A stretch of DNA of 64,000 bases, taken from the NCBI GenBank assembly GCA_047967505.1, contig CM106538.1; one strand, written 5' to 3'. Positions 48,876 to 61,362 of the stretch are shown in pieces (positions within the stretch are counted from its first letter, which is position 1; each line of letters opens with the position of its first letter). The translations under genes were made by a program, and so were the position numbers. The notes beneath the pieces are model-generated. The model made no database searches. It was not told the DNA's origin and worked only from the letters and a program-made list of their open reading frames with translations. This DNA is from Dipteris shenzhenensis (taxonomy: Eukaryota).

Positions 48876-51184
48876 GTAGGGAAGCGATCGACATTTTCAC
48901 CTCTATCAATAGGAAGGCAGCCAACCCGGTGTTGTCGCAAGGGGGAGAGAGCCCTATACCATTGGCCTGCTTTCCCATCCAAATGCATTGACCATCTCTA
49001 GGTCTCTGGGCACAACAAAGGCTTCACAAATCTGTTCAAACCATTCCACATGGAAGATCAGGTCTCATTTTCCTCAGAACTTGGTCATTAGCTTGGAGAT
49101 GGCTATGGGACGGCTTCTCGAGGGATTCACCATCCCTGCAGGAAACAATGGGGCGGGGGTGGAGGTGGTGTTGCCCCCCTTCCTAGGGCATTCACCAAAA
49201 TACGCATTGCCTCATCAGTCAACATGGTTTGAGCGGCTAGTGGGGGTGATGTTGCTATGGGCTTGACTGGATGTAGGGCTTCCTTAGGCCTGGCCCAGGT
49301 GGTGGTCCCCACATAGTTGTTGGTACCGGCATTAGAACAGAGGTACCAAGGCCTGCATTCATTGGTGCAACTAGTATAGAGGGGAAGGGGTGGACCCCCG
49401 GAGGCAATGGGTCCTAGGGCATGGTAACATTGGTTCCATGCAGCATGCGGTAGGGTGGAAACTATGGTGCCCCATAGTTGACAAAGGCTGGTGGTGCTGG
49501 GGCTGTTAGAGGTTCATGAGGCACTCCACCTTGGAAGTTCCTAGTATCCCCTCGGCTTGGGTCTTGCCTTCGGAATTCCCTCATCCATGGATCTTCATCA
49601 TCCATGTTTTCCCACTAGGGAGGTCTGGCATAGGCAGAGGGTCCTAGATCGGTGAAAGTGGTTTCCGTCTCTTGGGAGCTGGCTGCTGCTAGCCTTCCAT
49701 CCCTGCTGATATACCGACAAAGGGGTTCTCCATGTATGCTGACTCCATTTGGCCTAAGTGGCTGAACATGTTGGAGAATGTACCTCTAAGCCTGAATGCA
49801 ACCGAAGGTGTAGGAGAGTTGGGAGAGGCCACACTTGTGAATGGAGCTTCCGATGCCCTTAGACCTGAGCGGTCTTGCATTACTTCTTCCAGACTCTCTG
49901 TTTTGTCAGAACTAGATAGAGTTTTTGGTTGGGAACCTACTAACAAGTGGAGGCTCGGGATCAAGCTTCCAGATTCCCAGCTAGGATGAAGGGTGGGTTG
50001 AGCGTAGCTCGAAGCGCTTTCTTTTAACACGGGATCCTTTGGAAAAATCCTTCCAGACCTCAAGTGCATGTGGGATGCCTCTGGCTAGGCACACTCAAGC
50101 TGAACTAAGGTTCTTGAATTTTATTTTATTTCTTTGGCTACCCCGGAGGTATCGCATCGATCGAAGGGATAGCTCTATAGCAATGATCAGTGGGATCCGA
50201 TATCGCACCGAGCAGTGGGATACAGGTTTAGCGGTAGCAACGGAGTAAGAATAATAGCGAGTGGTGGGATAGAGGTATCGCGACGATCGGCAGGATAGAT
50301 CTTGCCATGTGATTAGTGGGAATAGCCATAGGTGCTATCCCTGCATGCAGAGGGATAGCGAATCGGTGGGATCTTACGAACACACCGGTCAGGGTATAGT
50401 TATCATGAGACAGGCTTGGGAATCAAAATGGAGACGATCACGGAATAAGTGTATTGCGATGATGGTGGAGTAAGCGTATAACATCAAGCAGCAGAATGAA
50501 AATAGCAACAATTGGATGAATGAAAATAGCAAGATGGGTGGCATGATGGGTGTAATGCGACGAGCGGAGGGATACGAATATGACCACAAGTGAGGCAGTG
50601 GGTTCACCACATCGGCAGGCAAAGTACCCAGATAGAAACGATCGGCAAGATAGCCCTAAAGCCATGGGTCAACGGTTGTCAGATTGGCGGGATAGTAACT
50701 CTGACATGCATTAAATCGAGGTGGAGGATCAAGCCATGGTCAGAAGTTAGGTTAGTAGGTTAGCTCTATGGTGCCGCATCAACCTAATTTTACCAACAAG
50801 TTATGGCTAATGCACCGATCAGCAGGATAGTTCTATTGCGTCGACTCGACGGGATAGAAAAACACAGTGTTGCCGACTGATTTTTTATGATTTCTGAAGA
50901 TTTGGAGTTTTCTGTTCACAAGCGGCCTCCAAATTGTTGCAATGTGGTTCCACGAGAGAAAGAGGGAAGGGGAAGAGGGGAGTGGAGAGGGACAAGGGAG
51001 GGAGAAAGAGAGGGGAAGAGGGGAAGGGGAGAAGGGGAGAGGGGAAGGGGAGAGGGGAGTGAAGGGGGATTGAGTGGCAACCACAAGGACACTATGAAGG
51101 AGACAAGAGAACACATAAAACACTCTCTTGGAAGAGAAGAGGGAGCTTGTATTCAACTTGTGCAAACAAAAATGAAGACCAAAG

Positions 51185-54100
51185 TGTGGGGTTTAAGGTC
51201 AATGTGCCTTTACTCGGTTATGTACAATACTCAAACACATATATAAATGAATGAAAAAGAAGATTAGGGTGTTCTGCACCCACCAAAACTTGTGTGGCTC
51301 TCTATCTCTCTCTCTCCCTCTTCCGTTCTTGCTTTCGTTGAGAGCACTTTCAACTGGTATCAAAGCCTGGGTGATCTAGTTGAGCATGCATGAATGCTTG
51401 AAGCTTAGTAGCTATGTGGGAGGAAGGAGAAGCTCTATGGGAAGCTTTGTGCGTGACTTCACTTGCATCCAAGTGTGTAGAAACCTTGGAAGAACCTTTG
51501 GAAAAGTCACTTTGGTTTTGCAAAGTGGTTTTGAGAGCCTGTTAAGTGTTTTCAAAGAAAAAGTCATTTTTTGACCTTTTCCCTGTTTCGTTCGATGACA
51601 GAGACTCCGTATTGACTTGTAGAGGCAACTATTGCTTACTTTTGGTATACACATCACTTTAGGAGCTTGGAAACACCTTAATTCTTGAATCTGGGATCAT
51701 TTCATTGGAACTCTGACTCACTGTGTCAGTTTCTGCGTTTTTCTGCTCGGGTGTTGGAACTCAAGTTTGGAGCAACCATTTGCACATCTATCAGTTCTGG
51801 TGGACTCAGGAGGTCCTAAAACTTCTATGTTGCTCATCATTCACACTCCGGTGGAGTTTACAAACAGCTTTGTTTCTAAAAACGTTTTTCAGTCTGTGTG
51901 TTCGACCCAATGATTGAGACCACGGTTTCCAAAACCATTTGTCCCATTGCGTTCCAGACGCCCAAAAGCCCGTACCTGTCAGTTCTTACGTGATTTATTG
52001 GAGGATTTTCAGAGTTGTAGATCTTTGTGTATTCGATTTCGTCTCTCTGTTATGCATTTTTCATTCTAAGGTTTTGAAACCTTAGATTTATGCCACATGG
52101 CAGTGGATAAGCGCCCATGTTTTGAGGCATCTCAAGTTCTATTTTTCAATAGCGGTCATTATCGTGGGACTATGATTTCTTGAGCATACCTTATGCAGAT
52201 CACTCTCGTTGTAGTTTGAGAGCAGTGTGCGCTCATTTGAGGTGTGCATTGGGTTGCAGTGGATGATTTATAGGCCATTTGGATGCATTGCGGTCCTTAT
52301 TGGATGCATTGATAGGCCCCAATTGCCTTGTGGGATGCTATTTTTATGGATGCTTTGCACATGGATGCTATTTTATGCTAAGGGATAGCTTTGACACATT
52401 GCAAGTGATGCATTGATAGTGCTATGCTCTCTTGGATGAGACATTATTAATGCATATGCCAGTGGACGCTGTTTATGCTTGAGTCATTTAGCACTTGTTG
52501 GCATTTTGGATCGCCATTGTAGTTGGCATTTTCTTTTGGGCCAGATTTGCTCATATGGATGCATAGTATATGCACATGAGTCAGATGCTTTGAGACATGA
52601 GTTTTGGTGATATTTCACTCTATTGTGGCATACACATTTGGGTGCACCTGGTATTTGGTGTGATTCTCTCTTGTAGGCACTAGTATTTGGGATTTTTGCT
52701 TCATTTGCATCATGGCATCTTCTTCCATGTCTGAAAAGGAGTTTTTTAGCATTAAAAAGTTTGATGGGACAAACTTTTCTTTGTGAAAGAACAAATAAGG
52801 GATGTGCTTCTTCAAAAGAAGCAGATTAAACCCTTGGCAGGGATTGAAGCTAAGCCTGCAAATATGTCTGAGGATGATTGGAATGAGTTGGATGCATTAG
52901 CAAAATCTACTATTAGACTTCATCTTGCAGAGTCAGTTTATTTCACAGTAGTAAATGAGCAGACTACGAAAGATTTGTGGAAGAAACTGTGTGCCACTTA
53001 TGAAAAGGAAACTGCCTCTAATACAGTTTACCTCATGAAGAGGTTGTTTGAGCTGCAGATGAAGGAAGGGGTCTCCATTGCTTCTCACTTGAATGAATTC
53101 AATATTATTTTCAGCTAGCTTCAAGCTCAAAAGATGAAACTTGATGCAGAGAGTTCATTGCCATCCTCATGGGATACCTTCCGTACAGCTGTCAGTAACT
53201 CTGCACCTGGTAGAGTACTGAAATTTGATGATGTTGTGGGTAGCTTGTTGGCCAAGGAGATTAGATGGAAATCTATGGATAGCAACAAGTAGAATGTAGC
53301 CTTAAATGTGCAAAGGGGCAGATCACAGTTCAGGGGGAAGTCCCAAGAAAGAGGGAAGTCTCGTAGCAAATCTAGGGCATGGAACATTGAGTGTTACCAC
53401 TGTGGCAAGAAGGGCCATATGAAAAAGGGACAAGTTGAAAAGAGAGCAAAAGGATAAGAAAAAGAATGCAAATTGGGGTGCAAATTAAAAGGAAGAGAGT
53501 CCAAGGGAGGACAAAGGAAAAGTGAAGATCGAGGAGATCAATGCAGTCACACATGATAGTGACAATGACGTTCTCTTCATGTCTAGTTTATCTGAAGAGT
53601 TGCTTACCACTTCAGATGATGCATATTCCCAGAATTGGATTTTCGATTTTGGTGCTTCATTCCATGTTACTCCCCATAGGGAATGTTTCTCCACTTATGA
53701 CAGTGGAAAGACAGGTTGTGTGCATCTTGGAAATGACTATGCATGTGACATAGTGGGAGTAGGTGACATAAAGTTTTCTTTTACAAATGGGTCTGCATTT
53801 ATTTTGAAACATGTGAGACATGTGCCTAAGTTGACCAAGAGTCTTATTTCAGTGGGTTAGCTAGATCGTGCTAGTTTTCACACCACTTTTGGCTTTCAAA
53901 ATTGGAAAATTTAGAAGGGCTCTATGCTTTTGGCCAGGGGTGCCAAGTGTGGGACTTTGTATCCCTTACATGTATCAAGGGTATTTGATCATGTTGTTGT
54001 AATAACCGAGCAGCCAAGCACTTCTTTGTGGCATTGCAGGTTGGGGCACATAAGCCAAAATGGAATGAAACTCCTATGCCATTTGGGCTATGTACCACAT

Positions 54101-55889
54101 TTGAGTTTCTCTAATTTTGAATTTTGTGAGCATTGTATCTATGGGAAGCAGACTAAATCAGCCCATAAAAGAAGGGGAAAGAAAGAGTTTGAAAATCTTG
54201 ATTTGGTGCATTCAGACGTATGTGGTCCCATGCCTACACGGTCATTAGGCAGGGCTGAATACTATGTGACATTCATTGATGATGCAACTAGGAAAGTGTG
54301 GTTTTATGCTATAGCTCGGAAGAGTGATGTGTTCCAGGTATTTTAGAAATGGCTGGCCTTGGTTGAGAATCAGTCAGGTAGAATGCTTAAATGCCTACGG
54401 ACTGACAATGGTGGAGAGTATCTCTCTCATGACTTTCAGCATTTATGTGATACACGTGGGATTAAGAGGGAGCTCACATCCCCTCATACTCCAGAGCAAA
54501 ATCGAGTTTCAGAAAAGATGAACCATACCATTCAAGAAAGATTGCAATGCATGCTTTCCAATGCAAGTCTTTCTGGTGGTTTTTGGGCTGAGGCAATGAA
54601 GACTGCAATGCATGAGATCAATAGATCACCTAGTAAGAGTTTGGATGGTGGTATTCCTAAAGAGGCATGGAGTGGCAAGAAGCCATCTTACTCTCATTTG
54701 CATATATTTGGGTGTGAGGCATATGCACATGCGCCAAAAAAGCTTCGAAAGAAGCTAGATCCTAAGTCTAGGAGATGCATCTTTCTGGGTTATGGTGAAA
54801 GTGGAGAGATGGGCTATCGTCTCTGGGATCGAGAAGCAAAGAAGATCATACGCAGCCATGATGTAGTCTTCAATGAGAAGAAGATGCATACGGTACCCAT
54901 AAGGGATGTGGAAATGAGGAGAGTCACTTTCCAGGAGTGAATCCACCTGCATATGTTGATAAACAGCAAGCTGTCCATGCACCAAATGTGCAAGAAATGG
55001 TACCACCAAGTATTCTCATAGGTATACAATCAAGGGTAGATGATGGATCATCTATTGGTGGAAATGATGAGCCAAATGTGGCTGATATGCAAGTGGGATA
55101 GCAAGCTGAAATGCCCTTGAGAAGATCATCTAGAGTGTCTAGACCACCTGATAGGTTTGTTCCAGGGGTAGACTATGTGATGTTCACTGATTACGGGGAG
55201 CCTTCTTGCTATAGAGAGGCTATGATGTGCGAGGATCAATGCAAGTGGGAGTATGCTATGCAATCAAAGATGAGTTCACTTATGAAGAATAAGACTTGGG
55301 ATTTGGTTTCTTTGCCACATGGAAAGAAAGCATTGCCATGTAAATGGGTCTACAAAATGAAGGTCACAGGTGATGATATGCCTAGGGACAAGGCCTGTTT
55401 GGTCGCTAAAGGGTTCAAGCAAGAGAAGGGTGTGGACTTTGATGAGATATTCTCTCCACTTGTGAAGATGACCACACTTAGATGCATGCTTGGACTAGTG
55501 GCATCAAAGGATATGGAGCTTATGCAGATGGATGTCAAGACAGCTTTCTTACATGGTGCAGCCGGAAGGCCTTGAAGAAAAGGGCAAAGAGCATTTGGTT
55601 TGCAAGTTGAAGAAGAGTCTCTATGATCTTAAGTAAGCACCTAGAGAATGGTATCAGAAGTTTGATGCTTTCATTCGGTCCTGGGGTTTTAGAAGGAGTG
55701 AAATTGATCACTGCCTCTACACTAAAAGGGCTAAGGATAATAGCCTGATAATCTTGGCACTATATGTGGATGATATGCTATTGGCTAGCAAGAATACTTA
55801 TGAGCTAGATGCATTAAAGGCCAAGTTGCATGAGGCCTTTGATATGAAGGATTTGAAACTTACAGGTCATATTCTTCGTATGCGCATCA
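51185..55889 (+). mobile_element. Copia family C element 1: LTR 51185-51352, PBS, decayed gag-pol up to RT
   Basis: TGTGGGG...TTTCA followed by TGGTATCAAAGC at 51355. Fragments LVHSDVCGP, LRTDNGGEY, QMDVKTAFLHG and LYVDDML, with many stops. Confidence 0.92.
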
Positions 55890-58530
55890 TGTGGGGGTTA
55901 AAGGTCACTATGCCTTTACCTTGGTTATGTACAATACTTAAACACATATATAAATTAATGAAAAAGAAGATTAGGGTGTTCTGCACCCACCAAAACTTGT
56001 GTGGCTCTCTATTTCTCTCTCTCCCTCTTCCGTTCTTGCTTCCGTTGTGAGCACTCTCAACTAGTATCAAAGCCCGGGTGATCTAGTTGAGTGTGTGTGA
56101 ATGCTTGAAGCTCAGGAAGGAGAAGCTCTGTGGGAAGCTTTGTGGGTGACTTTACTTGCATCCAAGTGTGTAGAGACCTTGGAGGAACCTTTGGAAAAGT
56201 CACTTTAGTTTTGCGAAGTGGTTTTGAGAGCCTGCTAAGTGTTTTCAAAGAAAAAGTCGTTTTTTGAGCCTTTTCCTATTCCGTTCGATGACAGAGACTC
56301 CATATTGACTTATAGAGGCAACTATTGCTTGCTTTTGGTGTCCACTTCACTTCAGGAGCTTGGAAACACCTTCATTCTTGAATCTGGGAACATTTCATTG
56401 GATTTCTGACTCACTGTGTCAATTTCTGCGTTTTTCTGTCCGGGTGTTGGAACTCAAGTTTGGAGCAACCATTAAATGCAGATCTATTAGTTCCGGTGGA
56501 CTCAAGAGGTCCTAAAACTTCTATGTTGCACATCATTCGCACTCCGGTGGAGTTTACAAATATCTCTGTTTCCAAAAACGTTTTTCAGTCCGTGTGTTGG
56601 ACCCAGTGATTGAGACCACGGTTTCCAAAACCGTCTGTCCCATTGTGTTTTGGATGCCCAAAAACTCCTGCCTGTCAGTTCTTACGCGATTCGATGGAGG
56701 ATTTTCAGAGTTATAGATCTCTGTGTATTCGATTTCGTCTCTCTATTATGCATTTTTCATTCTAAGGTTTTGAAAACTTAGATTTATGCCACATGGCAGT
56801 GGATAAGTGTTGACTCCCATTTCTCACTCATCGGTTGGGATTTTGGAGTTCCGGCAAAACAGAGATATTTGCAGATTTTCTTGCTGAGTGTGATTATGCA
56901 ATGGCACCCATGTTTTGAGGCATCTCAAGTTCTATTTTTAGTAGCGGTCATTACCGTGGGACTATGATTTCTTGAGCATACCTTATGCAGATCACTCTGG
57001 TTGTAATTTGAGCAGTGTGCGCTCATTTGTGGTGTGCATTGGGTTGCAGTGGATGATTTATAGGACATTTTGATGCATTGCAGTCCTTATTGGATGCGCT
57101 GATAGGCCCAAATTGCCTTGTGGGATGTTATTTTTATGGATGCTTTGCACATGGATGCTATTTTATGCTGAGGGACAACATTCACACATTGCAGGTGATG
57201 CACTGATAGTGCTATGCTCTCTTGGATGAGATATTATTAATGCATATGCCAGTGGATAGTGTTTATGCTTGAGTCATTTGGCACTTATTGGCATTTTGGA
57301 TTGCCATTGTAGTTGACATTTTCTTTTGGGCCAGATTTGCTCATATGGATGCATAGTATATGCACATGAGTTAGATGCTTTGAGACATGAGTTTTGGTGA
57401 TATTTCACTCTATTGTGGCATACACATTTGGGTGCACTTGGTATTTGGTGTGATTCTCTCTTGTAGGCACTAGCATTTGGGATTTTTGCTTCATTTGCAT
57501 CATGGCATCCTGTTCCAAGTCTCAAAAGGAGTTTTTTAGCATTAAAAAGTTTAATGGGAAAAACTTTTCTTTGTGAAAAGAACAGATAAGGAATGTGCTT
57601 ATTCAAAAGAAGTAGATTAAACCCTTGGCAGGGATTGAAGCTAAGCCTGCAAATATGTCTGAGGATGATTGGAATGAGTTGGATGCATTAGCAAAGTCTA
57701 CTATTAGACCTCATCTTGCAGAGTCAATTTATTTCACTGTAGTAAATGAGCAGACTACGAAAGATTTGTGGAAGAAACTGTGTGCCACTTATGAGAAGGA
57801 AATTGCCTCTAATAAAGTTTACCTCATGAAGAGGTTGTTTGAGTTGCAGATGAAGGAAGGGGTCTCCATTGCTTCTCACTTGAATGAATTCAATACTATT
57901 TTTAGCCAGCTTCAGGCTTGAAAGATGAATTTTGATGCAGAGACTAAGTAAATATTTCTCTTATGTTCATTGCCATCCTCATGGGATACCTTTCATACAG
58001 TTATCAGTAACTTTGCACCTGGTGGAGTATTGGAATTTGATGATGTTGTGGGTAGCTTGTTGGCCGAGGAGATTAGACGAAAGTCTATGGACAGCAACAA
58101 GCAGGATGCAGCCTTAAATGTGTAAAGGGGCAGATCACAGTTCAGGGGGAAGTCCCAAGAAAGAGGGAAGTCTCGTAGCAAATCCAGGGCATAGAACATT
58201 GAGTGTTACCACTGTGGCAAGAAGGGCCATATGAAAAAGAATTGCTACAAGCTGAAAAGAGAGCAAAAGGATAAGAAAAAGAATGCAAATTGGGGTGCAA
58301 ATCAAAAGGAAGAGAGTCCAAGGGAGGACAAAGGAAAAGTGAAGATCGAGGAGATCAATGCAGTCACACATGATAATGACAATGACGTTCTCTTCATGTC
58401 CAGTTTATCTGCAGAGTTGCTTACCACTTCAAATGATGCATATTCCCAGGATTGGATTTTGGATTCTGGTGCTTCATTCCATGTGACTCCCCATAGGGAA
58501 TGGTTCTCCACTTATGACAGTGGAAAGACA
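55890..58530 (+). mobile_element. Copia family C element 2, nested in element 1: LTR 55890-56059, leader, gag and protease
   Basis: Same LTR and leader as at 51185. Contains WILDSGASFHVT and is cut at 58530. Confidence 0.9.
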
Positions 58531-61362
58531 GAGTTCCACTCGTGATATGCCAGGGTGACCTCTAAGCGCATCGACTTGTTAGCTGTAGATGCGCTTGGTA
58601 CACCGCCCATGAATAATAGCTGGATGACAGCTATCCTTATGTACTCCAGTTAGTGGCTGAGTTAGTATGCCACCTTAGTTAGCTGAGTTTGGTTTGAGAC
58701 CCACATATAGGGTTCACCTGTTCCTTTTGTACTTAGAGAGAGTTCTTTTGGCTTTCACAACTAAGAGGAGGAAAACTATTTTCAGCCTCCACCTTTGTGC
58801 GTATTCCCCCATTGTGTATGTGAGAAAGCTGCGAGTGAGACTCCTTACTTCTCTCCCACTCTCTTCACATGGTATCAAAGCTCGGTTCATGGTAAGGAGC
58901 TTAAGAAAGCAAACCAAGTTCGTAGTGTCTTGGTAAGAGGATCAGTGTTGCTTTCCTTTTTCGAGATTGGGAGCCAATCTCTGTAGGTAGCACAGCTGGA
59001 AAGTGCAAGAGTGCACTATCCCAAATTGGGATGCCCTTTGCGGTGCCGCGAGAGGGTGGTATATGCTGCAGGGCCATTTTGGGGTCCGTTTTTGCTATGC
59101 GACCACTGTTCTGCGTGTGCGTAGAGATATTGGGAGTGATAGAATCATTCTTATTGCCTGTCGATGCAAAATCATCACTAGGAAGTGACTGTGTGGTCAA
59201 ATACCACTTTCGTTAGTTTTGTAGATTTGCCCTTGTGAGGTAGAAGTTTTGTTTTTTGTAGTGGCAGAATATTTTTGCAGTGTTCTGTAATGGCGTTTGA
59301 TGCTCTTTCACAAATTGTCACTGAAAAGCTTGACAAGAATAACTTCCAAGCATGGAAGTTTAGAATGACGAATTTCCTTAAGGGAAAAGGCTATTGGGAG
59401 TTCTTTACTGGAGCTAAACAAGAACCAGTTATTCCTAATGTTCCCAATCAACAGGAGTTGCAGGCATTTAAATGCTAGCATGAGAGAGCGAGAAAAGTTA
59501 TGTACTAGATGTCTATCAGTATTTTAGATTCTATGATTGTGCATATTCAAGATGCAATCATGCCGAAGGAGGCATGGGATAGTTTGACAAAAATGTATAG
59601 CACAAATACCCAAACAAAGAAAATGCAGCTCAAGTAGGAGTTGCATAATGTGCAAAGAGAAAATATGAGCATCAATGACTACCACATGAAGGTGAAGAAG
59701 ATTGCAGATGCAGTTGCTTCCATTGGGTCACCAATGGAAGATGATGATTTAGTTTCTGTGACCTTGAATGGTCTAGGAAAGGATTATGCACAATTTTGGA
59801 CATCCATTGTTGTCCGTGAAAAATTTCCTGATTTTGGGGAACTGATTTCTCTTCTAATTTCTGAAGAGCAGAGAAATGGTGGTGCATCTTCTTCAGGGAG
59901 GAACTTCAAAAGAAACTGTCTTCTACTCAAATGCTGGAAGAGGTAGAGGCAGAGGCAGAGGCAGAGGTAGAGCAGGCCGATCTGGAAGCCATGGCAAAAA
60001 TCAGAATATGCAGCAAATTCAAGAAAACCAGTCCTATGGAGGAGGACGTGGTAACCTTAGAGGCAAGGGGAGCCAAAGAGGTCGTGGTGGATGGCAGAGA
60101 GGCCAAAATGCAAACAGCAATGTTGAATGCTACTATTGTGTAAAATGGGTCATATGGCTAAAGACTACTATAAAAAGCAGAATGACATCATGACTGGAAA
60201 ATTACAACAAGGCAATTATGCATCCTCTAGTAGACAGGGTGATGATAGAAATGAGCATTTGTTTATGGTGCAGCACATGACCAATTCTGTGACAAGTGTA
60301 GAAGAAAGCAATGATGTGTGGTAAGTTGACTTAGGTGCATCAAACCACATGACAGGTCATGCAGAATGGATGCAGGATGCAAGGAAAATGGAAAGACCAA
60401 GATTCATGGTAAAATTCCTTTGTCTATGCAAGATGGGAAAAAGAAATACCTATCTAATGCATTTCATGTCTCGAATATCACCAAAAACCTGGCTTCTGTT
60501 GGTCAAATGGTTGAGCAAGGCTTGCAGGTTAGATTTAATCCTCATGGATGCTTTATTGAGGATATGAAAAGTAAAGGTCGCTTGGTAGCAAAAGGGAAGA
60601 AGAAGGGTAGGATGTTTACGTTGGATGCAGACATGCCTGAATTGAGTGCATCAATGTTTGCACATGGGACCGGTGTAGTTGCAGATATTGATATCTAGCA
60701 TAAATGCATTGGTCATGTTAATGTACAGCGACTTAAATTAATGCAGGCCCAAAATATTGTTGCACGATTGCCTAAGTTCAAGGTTGCAAAAATGCATAAG
60801 ATATGTGAAGCCTATCAATTTGGAAAACAGGCAAGGAAACCATTTCCTAGACATGTTCAAGAGAGTAAGAGGCCATTGGAATTAATCCACTCTAATGTGT
60901 AGACTACTAAAGCTGCATCTATTGGAGGCTGTCATTATTTTGTCACTTTTATTGATGACTACAACAGAAACATTTGGGTGTATTTTATGAAAAAGAAAAG
61001 TGAAGTGTTTGGCCATTTCAAAGCTTTTAAAGCTATGGTTGAAAAAGAAACAGGCTTGCAAATAAAATGCCTAAGGTCAGATGGAGGGGGAGAGTACCTC
61101 TCAAATGAGTTTGCAAGGTTCCTACAGGAGCATGGCATAAAGCAGCAATATTCATGCAGTCATACCCCAGAGCAAAATGGACTTGCAGAAAGGAAAAACA
61201 GGCATATTATCTCGTGCCATGCTTAACAAAAAAGACTTGCCAAATTATTATTGGGCTGAAGCAGTTGCTACAGTATTCTACATAATAAACAGGATTCCCA
61301 CTATAGCAATACATGGCATGATGCTAGAGGAGAGGTATACTGGTAGGAAACCAGATATTTCT
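58531..61362 (+). mobile_element. Copia family A element: 5'-clipped LTR 58531-58869, PBS, decayed gag-protease-integrase
   Basis: TGGTATCAAAGC at 58870. EKLDKNNFQAWKFRM and LRSDGGGEY are homologous to 36507-39490. Confidence 0.9.

Larger units (their letters stand above)
41665..51184 (-). mobile_element. Decayed Ty3/gypsy element with partial LTRs (~41665-42552 and ~50868-51184)
   Basis: 41665-41787 matches 51061-51184. A minus-strand PPT GGAAAGGGGGCA precedes TGTTAAC at 42552. Remnants of gag (MHLRSGR, 50069), protease (AILDGEAG), RT/RNase H (VYAVKKFRYYL, DHQAL) and integrase (KWGIDFIGPI, TDYFTKWV) are present. Confidence 0.8.
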
